Source: Candidatus Eiseniibacteriota bacterium (GTDB lineage: Bacteria > Eisenbacteria > RBG-16-71-46 > JABDJR01). From it: DNA of 64,000 nt. Position numbers and translations under genes: made by a program. The notes below the pieces were generated by a model. That model saw nothing but the letters and a program-made list of their open reading frames with translations, did not search any database and was not told where the DNA came from. Positions 9,140 to 18,568 of the stretch are shown here, piece by piece (positions within the stretch are counted from its first letter, which is position 1; each line of letters starts with the position of its first letter). The stretch lies in assembly GCA_963783375.1 (NCBI GenBank), contig CAWANH010000028.1, forward strand, positions 1,344,001 to 1,408,000, given 5' to 3'.

Positions 9140-9241
9140 GATGATTCCTTCCCGTCGAGCCGCCGGCGCTCGGGCCGGCGACCGTTTCCGTCGTCCCGGT
9201 CCGGACGCGCCGGTGCCCGGGACCGATTTCCAGCCTCCCCG

Positions 9242-10699
9242 CTAGGGTTCCTGCGGTTTCCCGCGCTCCCCGTGAGCCTCGGTCATGGACGCCCCCCCCG
9301 CCCCGGCCAGGGCCGCGGCGGTATCCAGCCAGCTGCGGCTCCGCTTCGCCGAGGGCTCGATCTCCGCGTACTCCTCCCGCGGACCGTCCTGGATCTTGTG
9401 GTTGAGCACGAAGATCCATACCAGGAAGAGGAGGAAGTAGATCACGCCGAACAGAATGATCGAGGCGAGGATCTGCTCGCCGGGTACCGCCTTGGAGACC
9501 CCGTCCTCGGTGCGAAGGAGCCCGTAGACCAGCCAGGGCTGGCGGCCCACCTCCGCCGCCACCCAGCCCAGCTCGTTGGCGGCGAAGGGGCCGAGGACCG
9601 AGACGGTGAAGAGTGCCATGAGCCAGCGCTTCTGGAACAACGATCGTCGCCAGACGAAGAACCATCCGGTCAGGCAAAGGAGAACGAAGTAGAGCCCCAG
9701 GGCGACCATGAGGTGATAGGAGTAGAAGGGGATGGCCACCGGCGGCCGGTCCTCGGGGGCGAACCGGTCGAGGCCGGGCACCGGCTTCGAGGCGTCCTGG
9801 TACACCAGCCAGCTCAAGAGTCCGGGGACGGCCACCCCGTAGCGCACGGTCTGGGCGTCCTCGTCCACGATGCCGAAGAGGCTCATGGCGGTGCCGCCGG
9901 TCCCGGTCTTGAAGTGACCCTCGAAGGCGGCCAGCTTGGCCGGCTGGTGCTCGGCCACCTCGTCGGCCTGGAAATGCCCGGAGATCGGGGCGGCCAGGGA
10001 GAATACCGTCGCCACCACCAGGCTCAAGATGAAGGTGCGGTGGGCGAACCTCAGGTGCTTTCCCCGAAGGACGTACCAGGCGGAGATGCTCATGCCGAAA
10101 AATCCGCCCAGGATGTAGGCGCCGATCAGGACGTGGACCAGCCGGTGGACGGAGGACGGATTGAACACCATGGCCCAGAAGCTGGTGATCTCGGCGCGGG
10201 TGGCCAGCCCCTGCCCCACGATGTGGAAGCCCGCCGGGGTCTGCTGCCAGGAGTTGGCCACCACGATCCAGATGGCGGAGAAGACCGCGCCCGAGGCCAC
10301 CATCCAGGTGGAGAAGTAGTGCACGCGATCGGATACCCGGTCCCACCCGAAGACCAGCACGGCCAGGAACCCCGACTCCAGGAAGAAGGCGAAGATCCCC
10401 TCGGAGGCCAGCGCCGACCCGAACACGTCCCCCACGAACCGCGAGTAGGTGGCCCAGTTGGTGCCGAACTGGAACTCCATCACGATCCCGGTGGCCACCC
10501 CCATGGCGAAGTTGACCGCGAAGACCCGGGTCCAGAACCGGGCCATGGCGCGGTATTCGGGGTCCCGGGTCTTCATGTACATGCTCTCCATGAAGACCAG
10601 GAGGGCCCCCAGCCCGATGGTGAGCGGGGGGAAGATGTAGTGGAACATGATGGTGAGGCTGAACTGGATGCGCGAGAGAAGGACGGTGTTCAAATCCAT
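9242..10699 (-). CDS. cydA: Cytochrome bd ubiquinol oxidase subunit I
   Basis: Start [13 protein letters not shown]; [37 protein letters not shown]. Confidence 0.96.
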   Translation of the reverse strand: MDLNTVLLSRIQFSLTIMFHYIFPPLTIGLGALLVFMESMYMKTRDPEYRAMARFWTRVFAVNFAMGVATGIVMEFQFGTNWATYSRFVGDVFGSALASEGIFAFFLESGFLAVLVFGWDRVSDRVHYFSTWMVASGAVFSAIWIVVANSWQQTPAGFHIVGQGLATRAEITSFWAMVFNPSSVHRLVHVLIGAYILGGFFGMSISAWYVLRGKHLRFAHRTFILSLVVATVFSLAAPISGHFQADEVAEHQPAKLAAFEGHFKTGTGGTAMSLFGIVDEDAQTVRYGVAVPGLLSWLVYQDASKPVPGLDRFAPEDRPPVAIPFYSYHLMVALGLYFVLLCLTGWFFVWRRSLFQKRWLMALFTVSVLGPFAANELGWVAAEVGRQPWLVYGLLRTEDGVSKAVPGEQILASIILFGVIYFLLFLVWIFVLNHKIQDGPREEYAEIEPSAKRSRSWLDTAAALAGAGGASMTEAHGERGKPQEP

Positions 10700-10863
10700 A
10701 CGATGGTCTTCCCCTGTTCCGGGGGGTCGCCCGCCGAGCCACCCGCGCCCCAAACCGTATCGAATCGATCGGTTTTCCGCCGCCACGATGACGAGTATCG
10801 AGAAAAGAGAAGCGGACCCGCGCCGGGAGGTCAACCCGCCCCGGACAGGTTTCGACCGGGAGC

Positions 10864-11169
10864 TCAGAGAAGGGCGATGAGCTCCTTCAGCCGGGCGAGC
10901 GCGGCGGGATCGGCCCGATAGAGCCGCCGGGGTCCGTGGGAGGCGCCGCCGACCAGGCCCGCCGCCTCCAGGGCCCTCAGGTGCTGGGAGACCGTGGACT
11001 GGGCCAGGGGCAGGGCAGCCACCAGCTCCCCACAGGTTCGGGCCTGGCCGGGGGCGAGGAGCCTCAGGATCCGGATCCGGGCCGGGTGGGCCAGGGCGCG
11101 CGCCAACCGGGCCAGATCGGCCTCGGCCGGACTCGAAGCGGCCGACTTGGGAATCCAGCGGACGGACAT
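10864..11169 (-). CDS. ArsR/SmtB-family transcriptional regulator
   Basis: ALAHPARIRIL...TCGELV...LAQSTVSQHL; RBS GGAGG. Confidence 0.9.
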   Translation of the reverse strand: MSVRWIPKSAASSPAEADLARLARALAHPARIRILRLLAPGQARTCGELVAALPLAQSTVSQHLRALEAAGLVGGASHGPRRLYRADPAALARLKELIALL

Positions 11170-11191
11170 CCTGATCGCCTCCAGTGACCAC

Positions 11192-11218
11192 TTATCGTAT
11201 ATCGACGATATACGATAA
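11192..11218. promoter_or_regulatory. Perfect 13-1-13 palindrome, probable ArsR operator
   Basis: TTATCGTATATCG-A-CGATATACGATAA, AT-rich in a GC-rich background, overlapping the -10 and start region of arsR. Confidence 0.8.
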
Positions 11219-11242
11219 TACCCATCATGGCTTTCAGGTCAA
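11215..11242 (-). promoter_or_regulatory. Sigma70 promoter of the arsR-cyd unit
   Basis: TTGACC-N16-TATTAT on the minus strand. Confidence 0.7.
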
Positions 11243-11501
11243 GACCCTGCGTGAGACTGATCGGGGAGCTCCTGGCCGGGAAAGGCTTGGTGGGCCGTCA
11301 CCCCGCCGGTAGCGGGCTGCATCATCCGAGGCAGGGGAGCCGACAGGAGGACACCCACTCGCCCCCCGGATCGGCGAAGCCCCGCCCTCCACGTTGGCCG
11401 GCGCGTGGGGTAGACTGAACCGCCGCGATCGAGTTCGAGGCCCGGTTCGCGGACGATGTCCGGCCCGGAGAGGGCTTTCGGCAAGCGACCAAGGGGGGGC
11501 G

Positions 11502-11900
11502 ATGGTCTTTCTCGTCACGTTACACGGTTTCATCCGCTGGCTGATCCTCCTCGCCGCGCTGATCGGCCTCGGGGACGCGTTCTACGCGCTCTACGGGGGC
11601 AAGCGCGAGGGAGGCGCCCTGGGGCGCCCCCTTCCCCCGATCTTCCTGGGGCTCCTGGACCTCCAGCTCCTCCTGGGGATCGTGCTCATGTTCGCGGTGC
11701 CCGGGGCCCGCCAGCATTTCATGGTGCACGGTGGGGTGATGATCGTCGCGGTGGCGCTGGCCCACGTCCTTCGGGTGCGGCTCAAGAAGGCGCCGGAAGG
11801 GGGGAAGGCCCGCGCCCAGGCCCTCCTCTACCTCCTGCCCCTGATCGTGATCCTGTTGGGGCTTGCCGCCCTCGGGCTGGGAGCCGGATCGACGATCTAG
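11502..11900 (+). CDS. Small four-TM membrane protein with His-containing helices
   Basis: LHGFIRW, LDLQLLLG, HGGVMIVAVALAH; four hydrophobic segments. Confidence 0.7.
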   Translation: MVFLVTLHGFIRWLILLAALIGLGDAFYALYGGKREGGALGRPLPPIFLGLLDLQLLLGIVLMFAVPGARQHFMVHGGVMIVAVALAHVLRVRLKKAPEGGKARAQALLYLLPLIVILLGLAALGLGAGSTI

Positions 11901-12042
11901 ACGCCGGATCCGGGCGCGTTTGAGGCGCGGCGGTCTTTCCGCGGAGAACCCCCACCGGCGCCCGCCGACGCGCCGTGATAAGCTCATCTGGACCCATGGA
12001 CGGCCCCTGCCCGACTCATTTCCCAACCGGAGAGGACCAACC

Positions 12043-12546
12043 ATGAGCCTTATGACCTTCGATCAATTGCCGGACCACGCCCGGCTCTGGGTGTTCGGGG
12101 CGGACCGTCCCATGACCACGGCTGAGAAGCAGCTCGTGCTGGACTCGGTGGAGGACGGCCTCGCCGCCTGGAACGCCCACGGAAGCCCCGTCCACTGGGG
12201 CCATCAGCTCGTCCACGACCAGTTCCTGATGATCGGGGTGGACGAGGCGGTGACCGAGCTCTCGGGGTGCTCCATCGACAGCGCCACCCGCGCGCTCAAG
12301 GCTTTGGAAGGGCGGCTCGGACTGTCCCTCCTCGACAATTCCCGGGTGTTCTATCGCGAGGCGGGCCGGGTCGTGCGAGTGACCCGCCCCGAGTTCCGCG
12401 ACCTGGCGCGCTCCGGCGCGGTGACCGAGGACACTCCGGTCTTCAACAACGTGCTGGCCACGGTGGGGGAACTCCGTCAGGGAAACTGGGAGGTGCCGCT
12501 CCGGCGCTCCTGGCACGCCGAGGCCTTCCCGGTGGCCCGGTCATGA
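12043..12546 (+). CDS. Conserved hypothetical protein (WxAHG and SGCSIDS motifs)
   Basis: RBS GAGGA; LPDHARLWVF, WNAHG, SGCSIDS, TPVFNN, SWH. Confidence 0.8.
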   Translation: MSLMTFDQLPDHARLWVFGADRPMTTAEKQLVLDSVEDGLAAWNAHGSPVHWGHQLVHDQFLMIGVDEAVTELSGCSIDSATRALKALEGRLGLSLLDNSRVFYREAGRVVRVTRPEFRDLARSGAVTEDTPVFNNVLATVGELRQGNWEVPLRRSWHAEAFPVARS

Positions 12547-13220
12547 GCGACGAGGAGCACCTCCCCCTCTGGGAACGCCCGGAGATGGTGGAGCGGTTCG
12601 CCTCCCGTGACCCCGACGTCCGCCTGGTGAAGCTCGTCCCGGGCTACGCCCGGCCCGGGGCGGTGCGCGTGCTCGACCTGGGGTGCGCGGGAGGGCGGAA
12701 CGCGGTGTACCTCGCCCGGCTCGGCTTCGACGTCACCGCCCGGGACAGCTCCCGCGCCATGGTGGCCGAGACCCGGCGGCGCCTGGCCAAGATCCTGGGT
12801 GACGAGGAAGCCGGCCGCCGGGTCCAGCCGGGACCCATGGACCGCCTCGCGGGGATCGCCGACGGCTCGATCGATCTCCTGGTCGCCCTCGGCATCTTCC
12901 ACCAGGCCCAGAGCGAAACCGAATGGGACGCCGCGCTCGCCGAGGCCTACCGGGTGCTGGCCCACGGGGGGCGGATGCTGGTGGCCAACTTCACCGACGA
13001 GTTCGATCCCGACGGAACCGGGCTAGGCCCGGTCGAAGGGGAGCCGCACATCCGGGAGCGCGGAGAACAGGGGCGGGTCCACCTGGTCGACGCCCCCACC
13101 CTGGACCGCGAGATGCGCGTGCACGGCTTCGAGCCGTTGGTTCCCACCGAGACCGTCTACCACAAGACCGACGCGGGCGGCCTCCGGGTGACCGCCAACG
13201 CGCTCTACCAGAAGCCCTGA
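12543..13220 (+). CDS. Class I SAM-dependent methyltransferase
   Basis: VLDLGCAGGRNA, RVLAHGG; ATGA overlap with the upstream gene. Confidence 0.85.
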   Translation: MSDEEHLPLWERPEMVERFASRDPDVRLVKLVPGYARPGAVRVLDLGCAGGRNAVYLARLGFDVTARDSSRAMVAETRRRLAKILGDEEAGRRVQPGPMDRLAGIADGSIDLLVALGIFHQAQSETEWDAALAEAYRVLAHGGRMLVANFTDEFDPDGTGLGPVEGEPHIRERGEQGRVHLVDAPTLDREMRVHGFEPLVPTETVYHKTDAGGLRVTANALYQKP

Positions 13221-13227
13221 GCCGGCG

Positions 13228-14262
13228 GTGAAGGGGGGCGCGGTGACCGGTCGGGTGCGGGCGTGTCCGCACGTGCCCGCCTGTCTGGCCGCGCTCGCGT
13301 GGGCGGCGCTCCTGTCCGCACCCGCCGAGGCCTCGGCGCCGGCGAACCGAAGCGGAGGGGAGGCCCCGGCCCGCGGGGCGGAGGCGGCGCCCGCCGCCGC
13401 GACCGCGCGAACCGCGGCGGATCACCTGGACGCGGAGATCGACGGCCTGGGGCTCGATCGTCTCGGCATGAGCCTGGGGGTGGAGATCGTCATCGAGGGC
13501 CGGGGGGTGGTCTACAGCCGCGACGCGTCGACTCCGCGCCCCGCGGCCAGTGCGATCAAGACCGCCATCGCCCTCGACCTCCTGGCCGAACGCGCGGAGG
13601 TGCTGGACGAGGTGCCGGTGGGAGTGGAGAACCTGCTCTCGCCGGGCATGCACCCGGCGTTCCGCGGCTTCTCCGCCGCGCAGCTCGACGAGGCGCGGCG
13701 GGCGCTGGCCGGGAAGACCTACCTGGAGCTGGCCCGAATCATGATGGGGCGGACCGAGGCGCTGAACGACGTCTACAACGCGGCCTGCAACGTGTTGATG
13801 GTAAAGCTCGGCGGACCCGAGGCCATCAACCAGCGGCTCCACCAGCGCGAACCGGCCTTTGCCGGCTTCGATGTGAACCGCTACATGCTGACCTGGAACG
13901 GGGACGGGGACAACATGGCCACCCCCGCGGCGCTGGTCACGCTCTACCGCATGACCGCCTCCGGCCGGGTGCAGGGCCTGGACCCGGCGCGGGTGGATCT
14001 CCTCCGCCAGTTCATCCTGGACACCGGTCCGGGGGGGGCCGGATCGGTGTACGAGAAGGCGGGGACCCTCTACCCCAAGCCGATCGCCCGCATCCACGCC
14101 GGGTACGTGGAGCGCCCGGAGGGGACCCTCATCTACGCGATCATGGGGGAAGTGGAGAATACCGGGGACCGCGATCCCGGCGACGTCTTCGTGGAGCTGT
14201 TGAACGCGGTGGACACGGTGACCATGTACTGCCGGGACCTGGCCGACTACGGGACCCGGTAG
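13228..14262 (+). CDS. Secreted serine hydrolase, class A beta-lactamase-like fold
   Basis: Signal peptide, SxxK (AASAIK), NMATP and EKAGT; start codon uncertain. Confidence 0.7.
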   Translation: MKGGAVTGRVRACPHVPACLAALAWAALLSAPAEASAPANRSGGEAPARGAEAAPAAATARTAADHLDAEIDGLGLDRLGMSLGVEIVIEGRGVVYSRDASTPRPAASAIKTAIALDLLAERAEVLDEVPVGVENLLSPGMHPAFRGFSAAQLDEARRALAGKTYLELARIMMGRTEALNDVYNAACNVLMVKLGGPEAINQRLHQREPAFAGFDVNRYMLTWNGDGDNMATPAALVTLYRMTASGRVQGLDPARVDLLRQFILDTGPGGAGSVYEKAGTLYPKPIARIHAGYVERPEGTLIYAIMGEVENTGDRDPGDVFVELLNAVDTVTMYCRDLADYGTR

Positions 14263-14355
14263 GCTTCCCTCGCGCCGGCGCGCGGTGTCCGTCCACCGAG
14301 GCGCCGCCGGCCGCGGCCCGGGGCCGCGCCGCCCCGGGCGAAGGGTCCGGGGCCC

Positions 14356-14384
14356 TTGGCCCGCCGCCCCCGCTCGCGTATTCT
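14356..14384 (+). promoter_or_regulatory. Sigma70 promoter of aroC (leaderless geometry)
   Basis: TTGGCC-N17-TATTCT, 7 nt before the ATG. Confidence 0.55.
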
Positions 14385-14391
14385 CAAGGAT

Positions 14392-15486
14392 ATGAACACC
14401 TTCGGCCGTCTCTTCCGGGTCACCACCTTCGGCGAGTCCCACGGGGGCGGGGTGGGCTGTGTGATCGACGGCTGCCCGCCGCTCATGGAGCTGACCCCCG
14501 AGGACATCCAGCGGGAGCTCGACCGCCGCCGCCCCGGCCAGAGCCGGCTCACCACCGCCCGCCAGGAAGCCGACCGGGTGGAGATCCTCTCCGGGGTTTT
14601 CGAGGGACGCACCCTTGGATCCCCGATTGCCCTCCTGGTCCGGAACACCGACGCCCGTCCTCAGGACTACGAGGAGATGAGGGACCTCTTTCGCCCCTCG
14701 CACTCCGACTACACCACCGAGGCCAAGTACGGCGTGCGGAACTGGCAGGGAGGCGGCCGCTCCAGCGCGCGGGAGACGGTGGGGCGGGTGGCGGCGGGCG
14801 CGGTGGCGCGGAAATTGTTGGCGGAGGTGTGCGGCGCGGAGATCGTGGCCTGGGTGGCCGCGGTTCACGGGGTCGAGGCCTCGGTGGACGCGAGCGCGGT
14901 GGCCGCGGACGAGGTGGAGGCCACCCCGGTTCGCTGCCCGGACCCCGCCGCCGCCCAGCGGATGATCGAGGCGATCGACCGCGCCCGGGCCGACGGGGAC
15001 TCCCTGGGCGGGGTGGTGGCCTGCGTGGCGCGGGGGGTGCCCGCGGGCTGGGGGGAGCCGGTATTCGGAAAGCTCGAGGCCGAGCTGGCCGCGGCGATGC
15101 TGTCGCTCCCGGCGGCCAAGGGGTTCGAGAGCGGCGACGGCTTCGCCGGGACGGCCCTGGCCGGAAGCGAGCACAACGACGCCTTCGTGGTCCGCGGGGG
15201 GCGGATCCGCACCGTGACCAATCGCTCGGGCGGGATCCAGGGCGGGATCACCAACGGCGAGGAGGTGTTCCTCCGGGTGGCCTTCAAGCCCACCTCGACC
15301 ATCCGCAAGCCCCAGCAGACCGTGAACCGGGCCATGGAAGAAGTGACGCTGTCGGCGCGCGGCCGCCACGATCCCTGCGTGGTCCCACGGGCGGTGCCGA
15401 TCGTGGAGGCCATGACCGCCCTGGTCCTGGCCGACGCGTACCTCCGCCATCGGGGGCAGACCGGCCGCGAGGGCCCGGCGTTCTAG
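14392..15486 (+). CDS. aroC: Chorismate synthase
   Basis: [31 protein letters not shown]. Confidence 0.97.
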   Translation: MNTFGRLFRVTTFGESHGGGVGCVIDGCPPLMELTPEDIQRELDRRRPGQSRLTTARQEADRVEILSGVFEGRTLGSPIALLVRNTDARPQDYEEMRDLFRPSHSDYTTEAKYGVRNWQGGGRSSARETVGRVAAGAVARKLLAEVCGAEIVAWVAAVHGVEASVDASAVAADEVEATPVRCPDPAAAQRMIEAIDRARADGDSLGGVVACVARGVPAGWGEPVFGKLEAELAAAMLSLPAAKGFESGDGFAGTALAGSEHNDAFVVRGGRIRTVTNRSGGIQGGITNGEEVFLRVAFKPTSTIRKPQQTVNRAMEEVTLSARGRHDPCVVPRAVPIVEAMTALVLADAYLRHRGQTGREGPAF

Positions 15487-15732
15487 CGACGGGTTGGGCC
15501 GGTCCGGCACGGGTATGTGCCGGTTATAACTATTTGATTCGTTTATGGTTATCCGGGTATGGCCAGGAAGTGCACAGAGTCGCCGCCCGCGCGGGCAGGC
15601 AAGTCGAAAAGAGAACGGCCAGAAGCACCCCCGCCTGGAAACCGCGTGGAATAGGTTGATGTGTCAAGAGTCCAGGATTTCGGAGCGAATCATTCGGATT
15701 TTCGAATCGGCCTGCGCCGCGCCGGGTGTCTT

Positions 15733-16182
15733 TCAGCCTTCCTCACCCTCGAGACGCGCCACATCGGCCAGATCCTGAGGGCGGCCCGACACCTTCTTGT
15801 TGCGGATGAGATCGGCTCGACCGATCACTCCGACGTCGATTCCCTCCATGGCCACCTGCTCACGATTCGGCCAGGCCTCGCCAAACTTCACCCCGTCGAT
15901 CCCGGTCAGGATGTCGATGCGGCGGGGAGTCACGCCGAGCTGGACGACGGTATCGGGCATGGTGAGGTCCACCTCGGTGATGTCGGTCATGGGAGCCCCG
16001 AACGCAGCCAGAGCACGCATGATCCGCTGGGCGTTGTCAGGGGTGGGCCGGACCCAGATGTCCAGGTCGCCGGTGGCGCGGGGGGTCCCGTGGGCGGCCA
16101 GGGCATAGGCCCCGACCAGGAGGAACTCAACCCCTTCCGCGGATAACGCGGACAACATGTCGCGGAAGTCGGGATTCAGCAT
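15733..16182 (-). CDS. Minimal nucleotidyltransferase (DUF6036/MNT-like)
   Basis: LLVGAYALAAHG-PRATGDLDIW, IDIL, NKKVSGRPQDLAD. Confidence 0.85.
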   Translation of the reverse strand: MLNPDFRDMLSALSAEGVEFLLVGAYALAAHGTPRATGDLDIWVRPTPDNAQRIMRALAAFGAPMTDITEVDLTMPDTVVQLGVTPRRIDILTGIDGVKFGEAWPNREQVAMEGIDVGVIGRADLIRNKKVSGRPQDLADVARLEGEEG

Positions 16183-16327
16183 CGGCGTCTCCCTTGAAGG
16201 CCCAGGCGTCGAGGGCGAGCTGCCACATCATGGAAAGCCTCTCGGCGGGGGTCAAGTCGCAGACGTCGTCCTCGCTCGACCGGCCGCCGTCGTGGTGCAC
16301 TTCGACCCGGATGTTCCGCGTTGCCAT
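16127..16327 (-). CDS. Small partner protein of the nucleotidyltransferase (66 aa)
   Basis: LTPAERLSMMWQL...RLPRHVVRVI; overlaps the downstream gene by 56 nt; extended -10 TGGTATTCT lies 6 nt before the ATG. Confidence 0.7.
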   Translation of the reverse strand: MATRNIRVEVHHDGGRSSEDDVCDLTPAERLSMMWQLALDAWAFKGDADAESRLPRHVVRVIRGRG

Positions 16328-16384
16328 AGGATGAGAATACCATGTTCCAGGCGAACCGAGGCGTTGCGCGAGGGCGTCTCCGCC

Positions 16385-17656
16385 TCACCGGTTCCCCGAA
16401 GCCATCTGCGCGGCCTCGGGCATGCGGCGGAGCGACAACATGCTCCAGATCCCGAAGACCGGCCCCAGCGCCAGGACGGGAAACACCCGCGACCAGCCCC
16501 ACGATTCGGCCAGCGCGGGCAACACCCAGATGGTAATCATGGTCAAGAGGAACCCCATGCTGGTCTGGAGGGTCAGCGCGGTCCCGACGTAACGCGGATC
16601 GGTGAGCTCGCTCACCGCGGCGCTGAACTGGGCGCTGTCCGCCACCACCGCGAACCCCCACACGATACAGAGCACGGTCAACACCACCGGTCGGCCGAAG
16701 AAAAGGCCGGCCAGGAGACAGCACGAGCCGCTCAACCCCAGGCTCCAGACGGTGATCGTGGTCCGGCCCAGGCGGTCGGCGAGCAGCCCGGCCGCAATGG
16801 CTCCGGCGCCCCCGGCGGCGATCACCGCGAACCCCGCCACCCGCGCCGACTCCACCCGGAATCCCGCCGCCTGGTAGCTGGCGATGAGGAAGATCGGCAC
16901 CCAGGCCCACATCGCGTAAAGCTCCCACATGTGACCCAGGTAGCCGAAATTCGCCAGGCGGGTGGGCCGGTGACTGAGGGCCTTTCCCGCGAAGCGCCAG
17001 TTGAAGGGCGCCGCTCCGGTGAGGTACGGCCCGCTCCGGATCCCGAACCCCCCCACCAGCGCCCCGGCCAGGGCCATGGCGCTGGTGGCGTAGAGCACGG
17101 TCCGCCAGGGGGGCATGCCGTGGCCGCCGAACGCGTTCAACCCGTTCAACAGGTGCGGGCTCGCCGTGCCCACGGTGATCGCCCCGACCAGGAGCCCGAT
17201 GCCGAAGCCTCGGTCCGAGCGGCACCAGCTGGCGATCAGCTTCATTCCCGGCGGGTAGACCCCGGCCAACGCCACCCCCGTCGCGAACCGCAATCCAAGC
17301 GCCGCGGCCGGACCCCGGCAGAAGAGCGCGATGGCCAGGTTGGCCGCCGCCCCCAGAAGCGCGCACCACCCGAAGAGCGCCCGCGCCGAGACCCGGTCGG
17401 CCAGGTTCAGGAGCGCGCTCGCCAGAGCCCCCACCACGAAGCCGAGCTGGACGCTCATGGTCATCCAGGACTTCTGGTTCGCGCTCAGTCCCCACTGGGC
17501 CTGGAGCTGGGGCACCACCGCGGAGGCGGAGAACCACAGGGTCATGACCAGGAGCACCGCCAGGGCCAGTGCGCGCAGGTTCGGCCACTTGCCCTCGGGC
17601 GCCTCGTCCGGCACGGGCCCGAACAGGCGCTTCACGCGTTCTTCGAATGCCGGCAT
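16385..17656 (-). CDS. MFS transporter
   Basis: About 12 TM segments; LADRVS, LRFATG, YPPGMK, HMWELYA, ADRLGR. Confidence 0.92.
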   Translation of the reverse strand: MPAFEERVKRLFGPVPDEAPEGKWPNLRALALAVLLVMTLWFSASAVVPQLQAQWGLSANQKSWMTMSVQLGFVVGALASALLNLADRVSARALFGWCALLGAAANLAIALFCRGPAAALGLRFATGVALAGVYPPGMKLIASWCRSDRGFGIGLLVGAITVGTASPHLLNGLNAFGGHGMPPWRTVLYATSAMALAGALVGGFGIRSGPYLTGAAPFNWRFAGKALSHRPTRLANFGYLGHMWELYAMWAWVPIFLIASYQAAGFRVESARVAGFAVIAAGGAGAIAAGLLADRLGRTTITVWSLGLSGSCCLLAGLFFGRPVVLTVLCIVWGFAVVADSAQFSAAVSELTDPRYVGTALTLQTSMGFLLTMITIWVLPALAESWGWSRVFPVLALGPVFGIWSMLSLRRMPEAAQMASGNR

Positions 17657-17698
17657 GGGGGGACTCCCGAAAACGAACGGCCGGAAAGGAAAAAGCGG

Positions 17699-18568
17699 TC
17701 AGTAGGCCAGCATGAGCCGGAGCATGGAATGGGGGCGAAACCCCACGCGCTCGTAGGCGCGGACCGCCGGCGTGTTGGCCGCGTTCACGTGCAGGGTGAG
17801 TACCTCGAGACCGTCCCGGAACAGGCGTTCCGCCCAGGCGGTCAGGGCCCGGGTGGCGTGCCCTTTTCCCCGGTAGTGGGGATCGGTGTAGACCCCGCCC
17901 ACCAGGACCCCCTCCTCGGACCGGGCCGCTTCCTCGGTCTTGAAGATCAGGGTCTTTCCCTCGATCACCACCCACACCTTCCCCCGCGCGATCCGCTGGC
18001 GCGAGATCTCGCGCAGCCGGGACATGTCCAGACGGGTCCTCGGAATCTGGAGGTCCTCCTCGGTCATGGCGGCGTGGGCGGGGGCCACGAGTTCCAGGTC
18101 GTCCGGTTCGGCGGGGCGAACCGGTGAATCCGGATCGGGCTCGGCCAGGGTCTCCGGGGTGAGGACGTAGTAGGCCTGGGCGCGGTCCACGGTGGGGGCG
18201 GCGCCGGTCCGCGAGAAGAGCCCGCGGATGAGCCCGGCGTGCTCGGCGGGCCCCACGAAGAGCCGCGGTCCGTCGGCATTCTGGACGGCGCGGTTGAGGA
18301 TCCCCTCGACCGCGGCCTCCGGTCCCCAGGTGGTGAGGTTCCGCGAGTTCCCCAGAAAGGCCACCGCGTGGAATTCCCCGCTCCGGCTCGCCCCGAAGAA
18401 TCGGCCGTGACCGGTCTGCGCCGTGGGGGATACCCCGAACTCGTGGACCAGGCTCCGGAGGTAGAGGGTCCCGCACCGGTCAGCGTCCAGGAAACGCCCG
18501 AGCGCCTCCCGGTCCTCATCCACCAGGAGGCTGACATGGAGGCCACGAGTGCGCGACACTGAGGGCAT
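17699..18568 (-). CDS. GNAT N-acetyltransferase (DUF4081/FR47-like)
   Basis: GGAGG RBS; GVYTDPHYRGKGHA, VNAANTPAVRAYERVGF. Confidence 0.88.
   Translation of the reverse strand: MPSVSRTRGLHVSLLVDEDREALGRFLDADRCGTLYLRSLVHEFGVSPTAQTGHGRFFGASRSGEFHAVAFLGNSRNLTTWGPEAAVEGILNRAVQNADGPRLFVGPAEHAGLIRGLFSRTGAAPTVDRAQAYYVLTPETLAEPDPDSPVRPAEPDDLELVAPAHAAMTEEDLQIPRTRLDMSRLREISRQRIARGKVWVVIEGKTLIFKTEEAARSEEGVLVGGVYTDPHYRGKGHATRALTAWAERLFRDGLEVLTLHVNAANTPAVRAYERVGFRPHSMLRLMLAY

Noticed and set aside
10700-11191. Long N-terminal extensions in the ORF track (cydA, and likewise aroC, zincin, nitrilase, EamA, HMBD gene, radical SAM, ABC ATPase)
   Set aside because: The extensions are low-complexity, overlap real genes or promoters, and better starts lie downstream.
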